A stretch of DNA of 64,000 nt from Heptranchias perlo (GCF_035084215.1 NC_090344.1:43152001-43216000); one strand, 5' to 3'; counted from the stretch's first letter, positions 27,011-38,948 are shown. Numbers and translations: made by a program. Notes: generated by a model from the letters alone, not told the origin.

Positions 27011-28599
27011 TATTGCTTTGAACTGTACAGCGAATAATGAACAGCTCAATAAGCGTCAACACAGAAGACCTGTATGGATCTTGTTCTCTTAATGATTGTT
27101 ACTGTTCATCATCCCCAGCTTTGCTTCAGCCTCCCTGGACCAGCTTCCAACCCCCTCCCTTTAAAGTCTCAGTTCTCGCTGCTCATGTCAGATGACGACT
27201 GGGCACCAGCTCCTGCTGCATTCTCTTCCTACGTCGATTGCTTTGCTGCGGCACAAGCTGATCGCCATCTCTTTCGCTCCCACCCACCAAGCTTCAGCTC
27301 TAGTTGTTGAGCGCTACCTCTTGCAGCATCACCACTCCCATTCACTGCCAGTAACGATGGGCTTAAAACAATGTTTTGCAGTGAGCCAGATCCGCAACCA
27401 GAGAATAGAAATAAAATGAAAAGACAAAGCAAATAAACTGAACGAGCTAAATTAAAAATCGTGAAGAAAGCTTCAATAAAAATCAAAGAATAAATCGCAA
27501 ACTTAAAAACAGTGGGGGTGGGGGGGGAAGAAAAAAAGAAACCAGCAAAAGCCCAATTTTTACAATGAACTTCAATTTTCATGAACAGTCATATTTTTCA
27601 CCACAGGCAAAAACACAGGAGATCCATTGGTACATATGTAAATTCAGGCGGTCTTAAATTTCTCTTGTACTGCACAAAGTACCTCAAACTCTATTCAATT
27701 GTCGCACCAAATCATCGATGGTGCCACACGCTGGAGCTGATGGCACTACACCACATTCACTTAATTATGCATACGGTCAGGGTTACGTGCCTGCTCTGAA
27801 GTTCTTCAGGTGTCCCAATTTTCCTGGCAAGGTAAATGATTTGAAGTCTGAAAGACTGGTGCCATTTGTCAATCGGCACTGGGATAATGGTACATTGCAA
27901 CAAAATGACTTGTACTACAAATATGGCAACTGATTGGCATTTTGGAATTTGTTTTGTGCTCCATTACTTTCAGTATCAGTTCTTTCTTTGGAGCTATTAC
28001 CTGCAGTGATTCCATATTCAAAAGGGCCTATCTCCACTCAGGGCAGTGAGAAAAAGAGAGGAAAAAGGGAATCAATTAAGGATAACTTCTACCAGGTAGA
28101 TTTTTTTCCCTCAATTTTACTCTCCAAGTCTTTTCAAACTGGATCACCGCTGTCTGATAGATATATTCCTGTTTAAAACAACTGGCAATACTGTTTGTAT
28201 GGGTAATGCTGTTGTGGGAGAAGAAGCCATGATCGCAAGCTTTCGACAGGAAAAGAACTGTGCATATCGTACACCATGACAGCTATGAAGATGAGTGCGC
28301 ACAAGGGAATTCTCTGACAGGCTCACCGTTATGTCACTAACTACTATCAGACCTTGCCTCTAAATTCTGACAGCATTTTCAGCTCAGCTTTAAATGGAAC
28401 ATCAGAGATGAAAGGGAATATCGATAAACATTTCACAAACACAAGTATAATGTGCTACGTTTTGGGCCATGGAACCTTTAGATGCTCCCAAAATGGGCGT
28501 GAGCCCTGACAATATAGATAAAATGCAAAATGTTATACGCTTAACCACCTTAGGTCAATATGTACTGGGGACACTAAATGCAGTCGATCCCTCTTGATT

Positions 28600-28990
28600 C
28601 AAATCATCTGATAATCTTTTTGGCCGGCCTCCCATCTTCCACCCTCCATAAACTTGAGCTCACCCAAAACTCTGCTGCCTGTATCCCAACTCCCACCAAG
28701 TCCCGTTCACCCATCACCCCTGTGCTCGCTGACCTACATTGGCTCCTGGTCCAGCAGCGCCTTGATTTTAAAATTCTCACCCTTGTTTCCAAGTCCCTCC
28801 ATGGCCTCGCCCCTCCCTATCTCTGTAACTTCCTCCAGCCCTACAACCCCTACAAGACCCCTGCGCTCCTCCAATTCTTGCATCCCCGATTTTAATTACT
28901 CCACCACTGGCAGTCGTGCCTTCAGCTACCTTGGCCCTAAGCTCTGGAATTCCCTCCCTGAACCTCTCCGCCTCTCCACCTTCTCCTTCG
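28600..28990 (+). mobile_element. L2-clade LINE 3' fragment
   Basis: LAGLPSSTLHKLELTQNSAA...SPITPVLADLHWL...FKIL is the typical L2 ORF2 C-terminus. Confidence 0.88.
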
Positions 28991-30904
28991 ACCAGTTAGA
29001 TTTGCTTGCTACTTTCAGTTCTCCTGCAGCAGTACAGACAGGTTGGCAACTCACCTTCCCCATGGACACTGCATGGGGTGTGACAAAAGCTGCTCATTTC
29101 CCTTCCCATCCCTTCTTGTGCAAAAACAACTCAGTAACATAGCACATTAGCACACTGAGCTTCAGTAGCACTGTAACAGTATGGTAAGTTATGAAGTTAT
29201 ATAATTAGGACAAAATTACATAATAAAATGATGAGAGGTCAACAATGCTGTGTGCATCTGAGACTGAAGTCTACGGATTCAATTATGTAAATCGCCTGTG
29301 TCAATTTGGTGAAAATTTAGTCAAAAAGTCAACCTATGAGCGACGCAGCATCTAGAACTTTATGTTCCAACAAGAGTTTTACCAGGAATGCGATATGCCA
29401 GCACTTCACACACTTGATAATAACATCAGTGCTGCCCATATGGAACTCAGAGATAAGCCACTCTGCACAGCCTGTCACTGAACACTTGCATAACATGAAC
29501 CACAAAGTCAGGACTGGGCCCCACACTGCAAACATTACCAGAGGAAAAGCTTCTGCTGCAATCGGTCACCTTTTGGCTCCTTGTCAGTGCAGACTTTGTT
29601 CCTTGATATGACCGTCCTCTCCTGGCAACTACACGATGGTAAGTACAGCAGGGTGAGAGTTAAGGACGTGGTTATTACAGCAGTGCGATGTTTACACAAT
29701 AAGCAGGCATCGCAGCGGTGTAACGGTCTCCTGGTGAGTGCCAGGGTGATTTACAGATTAAAAGCTCCTTCTAATAATTTTCTCCCTCCTCCTAGTCCTG
29801 AAGGTGCTGACTCCTTGCTGGGTACAGTTCCACAGATGCACATTGCACTCCCACTATCTCGATCGATGTTTCTGCTGACCTGTGAAACCTGCATTTGGCG
29901 AAATAATGCAGCTGAGACAGTGACAAGTGGGGCCATGTTGGTGCCTTCACAGGGAGATCCCCCCTGCTGTCAGAAGGAGGCCGAACTCCACCACGCAGAA
30001 AGAGACATGAAGAGATTAGTTGCATAATTCTCCCAGGCCGCTAATGCTCATCACTTGCTGGCTGGCTAAACAGCAGTGTTTGCAGGATCTGGGAGTTGAT
30101 CTCTGGCCAGATGGAGGATGGAAAACAAAATTACATTTTCCATTTACCATTTCGGGGTGGACATAAGAAAAATGCGATTGAAAATCTGTTTGTATTTCTA
30201 ATTCCAAATGACATTTCAGTTCTAAAGGGGTTAAATTTGTTCTCTTCACTGAACGTAAGCCGATCGTCACTGGGAAAGTTACATAACAGTGACATTAAAA
30301 GCTAGTTCAGACCGCAAGAGCTTTACCATCCTGTGCTCCTTCCGTTTCCTGTAAATACTGCCCCAGTATGAACAGGTCTCCAGAGCAGTTTAAAACAGAG
30401 CTGTTCAATCCCATTCTCCCCTAAAAAGCTGTTGCTGCTGGGGGTCAATTGAAAATTTCAAAACTGAAATCGATAAGATTTTTGTTAGGTGAGGTATTAA
30501 GATATCTCTGAAAGAAATGTCCATTTAGTCCCAGTTCCCTGCCCTCTCATCCCATTGGTGATCATAAATTTATACCCTCTAGTTACTGACTCCCTGACCA
30601 GTTTTTTTCTCTTCGCCTATCGAAACCTCTTGTAACTTTGAACATCTCTCTCTGATTTCCTCTTAACTTTCGCTGTACTAATGAAAAACCCTCAGTTTCT
30701 CTCTTTAAACCTGATATGCCGCCCCATTTCAGTTGATTCCGCTCAAGGATCCAATGACATCCAAGTTAGCCCTCATGTTCATGAATCTTACATTTATAAG
30801 AAAGAAATGGAAAAAAAACAATAGCATAGAAAAAATAATGTAAAAATACAAAACAGATGTAAAAACTATGAAATGTTAACAACGTAAAAGGAAAAAGAAA
30901 AAGG

Positions 30905-31910
30905 TAGAGAGGCAGGGAGAGATTTAGCGAGCAAACTCCAGAGCTTAGGGCCTAGGCAGCTGAAATCACAGCCGACAATGGTGGAGCAATGAAAATTGGG
31001 GATGTGCAAGAGGCCAGAACTGGAGGAGCGCAGAGATCTCGGAGGGTTGTATGGCTGGAGGAGGTTACAGATATAGTGAGGGGCGAGGCCATGGGGGGAT
31101 TTGAAAACAAAGATGAGAATTTTAAAATCAAGACATTCTCAGACCAGGAGCCAGTGTAGGTCAGTGAGCACGGGGGTGATGGGTTTATGGAGGGTGAAAG
31201 ATGGGAGGCCAGCCAGGAGAGTTTTGGAATAGTCAAGTCTAGAGGTAACAAAGTCATGGATGAGGGTTTTAGCAGCAGACGAGTTGAAGTAGGGACGGAG
31301 ACGGGCGATGTTACGGAGGTGGAAGGAGGCGGTCTTGGTGATGGAGCAGATATGTGGTCGGAAGCTCATCTCAGGGTCAAATAGAATGCCAAGGTTGCGA
31401 ATGGTCTGGTTCAGCCTCAGACAATGGCCAGGGAGAGTGATACAGCTGGTGACTAGGGAACGGAGTTTATGGTGGGGACCAAAGACAACGGCTTCAGTCT
31501 TCCCAATATTTAGTTGGAGGAAATTTTTGCTCATCGCGGACAAGCAGTCTGACAAATGAGAATCAGTGGAGAGGTTGAGAGACGTGGTGATGAGGTAGAG
31601 GTCGGCGACATCAGCTTACATGTGGAACCTGACATTGAGTTTTCGGATGATATCGCTGAGGGGAAGCATGTAGATGAGAACTAGGAGGGGGCCAAGGATA
31701 GATCCTTGGGGGATTCCAGATGTAACAGTGCGGGAGCAGGAAGAGAAGCCATTGCAGGTGATTCTCTAGCTACGACTGGATAGATAAGAATGGAACCAGG
31801 CAGGTGCAGTCCCACCCAGCTGGACGACAGAGGAGAGGCATCGGAGGAGAATGGTGTGGTCAACTCTGTCAAAGGCTCCAGACAGGTCGAGAAGGATGAG
31901 AAGGGATAGT
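30905..31910 (-). mobile_element. L2-clade LINE RT fragment
   Basis: [41 protein letters not shown]...SRLDY...ITPVLTDLHWL. Confidence 0.92.
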
Positions 31911-32374
31911 TTATGTAATAGCTGGTTATAAAGCAGAATGTGCGACGGCCAGGAGCAGGTCATCTGCCCAACTTCTCCCTGACAGAATGCGAAATGTTGG
32001 GAACTTAAACAGGGTGAACAAATGGATTAGTAATACATCTTTGAAGTGACAATAATTGTTTAAACATTGCACAAAAAAAATGCTTGGGGCTAGAATTTAA
32101 ACTCGAGTACTGTTGGTCTATTGTGACATTATATTTACCACGTAAACGAGGATTACATAAACTGGACGCAGAGAGGATTCATAGTTAGGACACTCAGCTG
32201 AAGTCAAACAAGGACAGAGATGGGAACCTGCCACCCCCACTCGGGCTGGCTTACACGTGACTCCAGTCCCACACTACATGGTTGACTCTCAAACCATTCA
32301 GTTGTCAGGATGGGAAGTAAATGCTGCATCGCTGGCATCCTGAGTAAAACAAAAAGCAACAATAAAAGGAAAAA

Positions 32375-32555
32375 AATAGCAAAAGCGAAAATGTTGAAAA
32401 TGCATGCACACCAGTCAGTATCTGTGAAGAGAAAAGACAGGTTCTTGAAATTGTAAACACATTGATTAGTAATACTTTCAGTTACACACCCCTAACATCA
32501 ATAACTGATATAATTGCTGATTGAACTGCTGTGCATTTCCAGCAATTTCTTTTTT
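32375..32555. mobile_element. Short element with imperfect terminal inverted repeats (MITE/SINE-like)
   Basis: 5' gaaaatgttgaaaatgcatgcacaccagtca pairs imperfectly with 3' ctgctgtgcatttccagcaatttc; a related end occurs at about 35085-35125. Confidence 0.45.
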
Positions 32556-32929
32556 TAAGAGAAACAAAGTACCTGGCAGAAAACCTAGAAGCAAGCTGCC
32601 AAACATTTGCGTTGAATAATCCTTCTCCATAACTGTATAACCAGATAGCTCAGCTGAGAAACTGAAACTGAAGGTAGCATAAATATTAAGTAAGAAACAT
32701 TGCCACCAAGCGCAATATATTCAGATGCATGTGCTTGCCTTGCAGCCAGCCCTCGTCTGCCTCCAGCGCTACCCCTCCACTGCCTGCTTCCCAACGCTGC
32801 CACTATTGTCTCCCCAGCGTTGCATGCTCTCCCTGCTGGCCCGACACCACATGCTGCCGCTATTGCCTCCTACCAGTGCTCCCTACGCTGCAAACACTAC
32901 CCATTCTTGCCTTCCCCCCCCCCACCCAG

Positions 32930-33050
32930 TGCTGATCCTGGGGGGCGGGGGGCGGGGCTCGCACGCGCGGAAGGCGGTGACGATGCGCGTTCGGGTTCCA
33001 CGACGTCACGACGCCTATAAGAAGCGGCGAGGCGGGGCTGAGCGTTAGAT
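32930..33050 (+). promoter_or_regulatory. SLC20A1: SLC20A1 core promoter in a CpG island
   Basis: GC boxes GGGGCGGGG (32942-32957), a CRE-like CGACGTCA (33001-33008) and TATAAGA at 33016-33022. The sequence is CpG-dense from about 32930 to 33660; TSS expected near 33045. Confidence 0.75.
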
Positions 33051-33329
33051 GGCGGACAGCTGGTGACCGGGACGGTGGATTAAAATTTTTTAAAATTATT
33101 ATCGTGATACAGAGCGCGAGAGCCAACGTCGCACCGAGCGAAAGCCGGAGAGCCCGGTACCCGTTCGCACCAAGGCGACATCCGTTGCTGTGAGGGGGGG
33201 GTTGTGTTGAGCGCTGTATAGTCACCGAGTGGTTTGGAGCACTAACCGGAGAGCGCGGCTGACCCTCGCCGCGCGGACGATCCGCTCGAACTTTGCCCTC
33301 GCACCCGATTAGAGTCGCATCGTTAATTG
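33045..33329 (+). other. SLC20A1: SLC20A1 non-coding exon 1 (start approximate)
   Basis: Lies downstream of the TATA box and ends at a strong donor aattg|gtaagt (33330). Exon 2 begins with an acceptor upstream of the ATG, so a 5' exon is required. Confidence 0.7.
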
Positions 33330-33663
33330 GTAAGTGCGGCCCTTGCGTTCCGCGGTATGAGGATTACTTCCCTTCGGCGTTTGGGGACCCCCCTTTTTTT
33401 TTTCCTCCTCGCTTTCGGGCCTTCTGCATGCGGTGGCGGCGGCGGCGGCATATTCCGGAACAATCCGGCGTGATGGCCTCATTCATTCAGGAGGCGCCTG
33501 CCTGGAAGACCCGATGCAGCAGGCGCGAGGGGGAGCTAGCGGAGCCGCACGGACAACTGCAGCTGTTGCCGCCTGACTGCCTCCCGAATGAGGCGCGAAG
33601 GGTGTAAGACCGCGCGCACGGCACGGGGGGGGGGCTGTCTATACTGAGCCTGCGCGGGGAACG

Positions 33664-34690
33664 TGGGGGGGGGGGGTCGGTGTCTATTGGGGGTGGACTT
33701 GGGGGGGGGGCGGATCGGTGTCTATTGGGGGTGGACTTGGGGGGGGGGCGGATCGGTGTCTATTGGGGGTGGACTTGGGGGGGGGGCGGATCGGTGTCTA
33801 TTGGGGGTGGACTGGGGGGGGCGGATCGGTGTCTATTGGGGGTGGACTTGGGGGGGGGCGGGGCGGATCGGTGTCTATTGGGGGTGGACTGGGGGGGGCG
33901 GGGCGGATCGGTGTCTATTGGGGGTGGACTGGGGGGGGCGGATCGGTGTCTATTGAGGGTGGACTTGGGGGGGGGCGGGGCGGATCGGTGTCTATTGGGG
34001 GTGGACTGGGGGGGGCGGGGCGGATCGGTGTCTATTGGGGGTGGACTGGGGGGGGCGGGGCGGATCGGTGTCTATTGGGGGTGGACTGGGGGGGGGCGGA
34101 TCGGTGTCTATTGGGGGTGGACTGGGGGGGGCGGGGCGGATCGGTGTCTATTGGGGGTGGACTGGGGGGGGCGGGGCGGATCGGTGTCTATTGGGGGTGG
34201 ACTGGGGGGGGGCGGATCGGTGTCTATTGGGGGTGGACTGGGGGGGGGCGGATCGGTGTCTATTGGGGGTGGACTTGGGGGGGGGGGGCGGGGCGGATCG
34301 GTGTCTATTGGGGGTGGACTTGGGGGGGGGGGCGGGGCGGATCGGTGTCTATTGGGGGTGGACTGGAGGGGGCGGGGCGGATCGGTGTCTATTGGGGGTG
34401 GACTGGGGGGGGCGGATCGGTGTCTATTGAGGGTGGACTTGGGGGGGGGGGGCGGGGCGGATCGGTGTCTATTGGGAGTGGACTTGGGGGGGGCGGGGCG
34501 GATCGGTGTCTATTGGGAGTGGACTTGGGGGGGGCGGGGCGGATCGGTGTCTATTGGGGGGGGCGGGGCGGATCGGTGTCTATTGGGGGTGAACTTGGGG
34601 GGGCGGGGCGTCTATTGGGGGTGGACTGGGGGGGGCGGGGCGGATCGGTGTCTATTGGGGGGGCGGGCGGGCGGATCGGTGTCTATTGAG
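33664..34690 (+). repeat. G-rich minisatellite (about 33-41 bp unit, about 28 copies) in SLC20A1 intron 1
   Basis: Unit GGGGCGGATCGGTGTCTATTGGGGGTGGACT(T)G7-12C with variable G runs; explains the Gly-rich ORFs 33663-34738. Confidence 0.97.
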
Positions 34691-36564
34691 CATCGGCCGC
34701 TTGTGCATTCTCCCCAGAGCCGGTCCTGGAGGGGATAGAAATCATTCATTTGCGATTTAGCGGGATGAGCCATCGCAGTGGGCGGGGAGCTGTGGGAATG
34801 AGCCTCCGCTCTCTCAGGGGGACGGTCCAGCCTTCCTGACTTTATTTCGGAAAGATGGGATCGGGGAACGTTCCTGTATCTTCGAAGCAAGCCTAGTTGA
34901 TGGTGGAAATGGGGGAGCGGTGTGTTGGTGATGCACCGATCCCAGCCCGGTGATTGCAGAGAGCTGCGAACTGATTGGGAATCGGCTGGCAGTTACCAGT
35001 GTCCCGACAAATAAGTGGGATGCGCCCTGGGGTCCCTGTGTGGGATTGGTTTTAAATGGACTGGCCGTTTTGATGCTGGCGGGTGCTGCTGTTTCCAGCA
35101 TCCGCAGTATTTTGCTTTTGATTTTATGCTGGCGGGAATGTATTTCCTGTTTACTGATTTCAAACGTTACAAAGAGGCGCGAAAAGGATGGCGCTTTAAA
35201 ATTGAAAAAGGGAATTGCTGAAAACAACCGTGTCTTAAGTACCGTTCAAATCGGATTAAGATTATAACGACCGGGATTTCCACTAGATGGGGAATTTTTA
35301 ATCAAAGCCCCTACCGACAATATTATTACGCATAACTTTGTTTCCAGCGTGTAAATTTTTGGCTAAATGAGAAAGCTGAAATCGCATGAAAATTTAATAC
35401 GCTGATTTCAATCGAATCAAGTTGCAATCAAAACTGTGCACGAAATTTGGTCACGATGTTTAAAAGCTCCTTTGGCTCAACATCCATTTCTTAAAATTGC
35501 GCCGCTGTTTTTCTACATTGAAAGCGTTATATAAATGCGACTTGCTGTTATTTCCCACGAGTTCATTTGTCCAAGTAGTAAATATTTTGAACCTTTACAT
35601 AGAACTATTATACTAACTTTTTAATGTGATCGTGTTATAAGCAGTTGGGCAAAGTATTAAATGCTTTTGAAGTGAAAAACATCTCAAGGCGTTTCCAAGG
35701 CGTGGTGAGAGAGGGACGCCAAACCAGAGATATGAGGGAGGGATGGCCAAAGGCTTGGGCAAAAGGATGGGTTTTAGGGGGTGGAGAAGTTTAAGGGGGG
35801 GAATTTTAGAGTGGCCCTAGATGCCTGAAGCCATGGTCCCCATTGGTGGGAGAAGAGATGGGGTGCACAACAGGCCAGGTCAAGAAAGGAGAGTTGTGGG
35901 AGTTGGAGGATGTAAACAGGGCAAAGACTGTAGATGGATCATTTTAATTTTGGGCGATTGGAAGCGAATGCAGGTCTTTGGAGGCCAGAGATTTGGGATA
36001 GATATGTTGCAGAATTTTGATGAGCTGTGCATTTTGGAGGGAGGAAGATGGGAGGCTGATTAGCTTCTCGTTCCACTAACACATTTCGCAGGACAGCAGA
36101 TTATCGAGTGGATTGCTGCAGTTGAGGGTGCTATGGGTTTTCTGCTAGTTCTTGCTGGAGTGTAGTTCTGTGGGTGTTGGCAGCCTGCTGGTATCTTGTC
36201 CTGGTAGCCATTCTTTGTGAGTTTAGACAATGTGTGTCAGCAGGCCATTGGATTGTGGGGGTTTTCGCAGCCAAGTCCAATGCTGTTTCCACCTGACATG
36301 TATTTCCAGCAGAAGTAGCAGTGATCAGGAACTCCAACTGTGTGCTCTCTCTCACTCTCTCATCAGTGGTGCTGTGGCTAATTGTCCCAGCGATATTTGT
36401 GACTAATGTCAGTTAATTCAGCCCAGAGCAAAGTATCGAGGAACAAATTTTGGAGTTCCTCACCTTTTATGGCTTGGTATTACATCGAATGCTGCATTTG
36501 CCCAGAGGTTGTTATGGGGAGCTCAATTGGAAGTGGTTTCTGTTAGAAACATGAAACTTTCACT

Positions 36565-36692
36565 ACTCACCTGATGGAGATAATCTCTGAAAGCTTGTGA
36601 TTTTCAAATAAAATTGTTGGACTATAACCTGGTGTTGTAAGATTCCTTACATTTGTCCACCCCAGTCCATCACCGGCATCTCCGCATCATTT
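36565..36692 (+). mobile_element. Penelope-like element terminal fragment with degenerate hammerhead motif
   Basis: tcac-CTGATG-gagataatctct-GAAA-gctt-gtga followed by aataaa and ...ggactataacctggtgttg, the arrangement typical of vertebrate Penelope termini. Confidence 0.55.
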
Positions 36693-37158
36693 TTAGATTC
36701 TAATAGTGATTACAACTCAAGACAGCTCAAGTTAGATGGCTTTTGTCTTCTGCTTTTTTTTTCTCCTTTATGTAAATATAATTGAAGTCTTCTAATTAAG
36801 ATTGTAGTGGGACTTTACACAACTACCTCTAGTAAACTGATTGTTGCCAAAGTGTATGGGCAATATCAATTTCTTTTTTAAAAATAAGAATTATTGATGC
36901 ACACAATTATCTGGTTTGAATTCTCTTAACTGATCGATCTGTGCTGCTGACGGTGAAATGTTGTGCTACACTTTTAACGAGTAGACTTTCATTTCCGTTT
37001 AATAATACAGAATCTGAAATTGAGCGCTTGAGGATGGAAAGAAAATAATGTGATTCAAGGAATTTATTGAGTTATTGCTTTTAGGTCTCTGGCAAGACTT
37101 GAGTAATTGTGCAATATTACTGCATGTTTATAATTTGTGCCCTTTGCTTTTCCACAGG

Positions 37159-37218
37159 ATGAAGAACAGCCCAAATCTGTTGCTGTGTCCACAATGGGTT
37201 TCTCTACTATCATTCTAA
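37159..37218 (+). promoter_or_regulatory. uORF1 in SLC20A1 5'UTR (19 aa MKNSPNLLLCPQWVSLLSF*)
   Basis: ATG lies one base after the exon 2 acceptor (ttttccacag|G ATG); TAA at 37216-37218; weak Kozak context after splicing. Confidence 0.6.
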
Positions 37219-37271
37219 TTGTTGACTGTTGTAAAAACTGTGCAAGACAGACTATTAAACACAGTGGATAG
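37194..37271 (+). promoter_or_regulatory. uORF2 in SLC20A1 5'UTR (25 aa MGFSTIILIVDCCKNCARQTIKHSG*)
   Basis: Strong Kozak ACAATGG; TAG at 37269-37271; no further ATG in the 164 nt before the main start. Confidence 0.7.
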
Positions 37272-37435
37272 CAATTACTGCTGCACAATACTTGAGTGCA
37301 GTACATATTAATCTTATTCTATTTAATCAGTCATTTATTACATATCAAGATATTTTGTTACCTCATTTTGTATATTTAAGTGAATAGTATTTTTTTAAAT
37401 TCCGTACCACTAAAGCATTACAAGCTCGAGTGACC

Positions 37436-37724
37436 ATGGCGCTAGATGAGTATGTATGGATGGTTGTAGTTGGTTTCATCATTGCATTTGTTCTGGCGTT
37501 CTCGGTGGGAGCCAATGATGTTGCCAATTCATTTGGGACGGCGGTTGGTTCAGGAGTGCTGACACTCAAGAAAGCCTGCATCTTAGCAACAATCTTTGAG
37601 ACGGTGGGCTCTGTGCTGCTGGGTGCCAAAGTCAGTGAGACCATCCGGAAAGGAATAATTGATGTGCAGATGTTCAACTCGAGTCAACAAGTGCTAATGG
37701 CTGGGTCGATCAGTGCCATGTTTG
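37436..37724 (+). CDS. SLC20A1: Sodium-dependent phosphate transporter 1 (PiT1), coding exon 1 (exon 2 starts at 37158)
   Basis: ACCATGG start; [40 protein letters not shown] carries the PHO4 GANDVAN signature; donor G|gtaagt. Full join 37436-37724, 38001-38141, 38863-38948, 40831-40927, 42004-42123, 43406-43693, 44772-45336, 46116-46301, 47192-47276, 47644-47799 = 2013 nt, 670 aa. Confidence 0.97.
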
Positions 37725-38000
37725 GTAAGTAATGAATGTTGAACTTGCATTTATCTTGCACTGTAATTTTGTATAAAAACAGACAAGGTGGTGATTGTGG
37801 CAAGGTGCCTTGGACAGAAGGGAATAGTTTTTCTAAAACCACCTTGACAGTTCATGGCACACAGTACCCTTAAATTAATTGAAGTATCCTGGACAATTGC
37901 TATTCTAGTTGGTCAATATTTTGGAAATGGAGTAATTGATAAAGTATATTTGAGTTGATTGTGGATAATGACATCAGATGTAATTGTCTGTCCTATCCAG

Positions 38001-38141
38001 GTTCTGCTGTCTGGCAGTTATTGGCTTCATTTTTGAAGCTCCCTATATCAGGTACCCACTGCATTGTGGGTGCTACCATTGGCTTCTGTTTGGTGGCTAC
38101 AGGTACTCAGGGTGTGAAGTGGCTGGAGCTGCTCAAGATTG
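38001..38141 (+). CDS. SLC20A1: PiT1 coding exon 2 (141 nt)
   Basis: ccag|GTTCTGCT...GATTG|gtgag; [28 protein letters not shown]. Confidence 0.97.
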
Positions 38142-38862
38142 GTGAGTTTATAACTTAAACTGGGATTATGCTTTCAGTGCTGTTCAAACATGCAAGGCCA
38201 CTGATTTTATGGTTTTCACAAGGGAAAAAATGAACAAAATTGCAGAATACCAAGGCAAGCCCTGTATCCATTGTCATTAAGTTAGTGGCCCAGGTAATTT
38301 TGTGTAACTGTAAAAGCAGGTGGTGATAGTGTTTGTTACAAATCTAACACTTCTGGAAGAATTTCATTTTAATCGTAAACTCTGGGTTGGGGTTAAGAGA
38401 GTATTTCCTATTTCTGTTTGTTTTTATTTTAAAACATCACCCATTATGGCTGTCTCCTTGTGGTGTTTGTGCTGTAGATTCAGTGTAATTCTAGTGATCA
38501 TATAATTTAATATCCCATTTGGTACTGAGGGAAAAATGGCTGAAAAATAGAATAATGCTATTGGGGAAATTGTGGACACAAGTCTCTCTTTGATTGATCT
38601 GGCACAGAGTACTGGTACATTTTTTTGTAAAGAAAGGATTGTACATAAATTGCTATGTTGTTAGTACATTTGTTACGATCACAAATGTGCAGACTGAAAT
38701 ATGGACACATTGATGTGTATTGCACATAATTTGTTGGTGTTTAATGTGGTGACCACAGCAGCTACGGACACCACTAACCCAAAACACACATTGTGAGCTT
38801 GTACTGAATTTGTAGGCCTGTGTGTGTGTTCTGACATTCTTTTCATTCTCCAATTAATACAG

Positions 38863-38948
38863 TGGCTTCCTGGTTCATCTCACCACTGCTGTCTGGGATC
38901 ATGTCTGCTGCTGTCTTTTTCTTTGTCCGCTTCTTCATTTTACGCAAG
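38863..38948 (+). CDS. SLC20A1: PiT1 coding exon 3 (86 nt)
   Basis: tacag|TGGCTTCC...CGCAAG|gtaag; ASWFISPLLSGIMSAAVFFFVRFFILRK. Confidence 0.96.

Noticed and set aside
29329-30305. Cluster of short ORFs in unique intergenic sequence
   Set aside because: No recognisable protein similarity or exon pattern. It could be regulatory DNA, but that cannot be shown from sequence alone.
32585-33607. Several 70-120 aa ORFs around the SLC20A1 promoter
   Set aside because: Low-complexity, GC-rich CpG-island sequence with no protein motifs.
33663-34738. Gly-rich 323-352 aa ORFs (keratin- or silk-like)
   Set aside because: Translations of a G-rich minisatellite with variable homopolymers and non-ATG starts, inside SLC20A1 intron 1.
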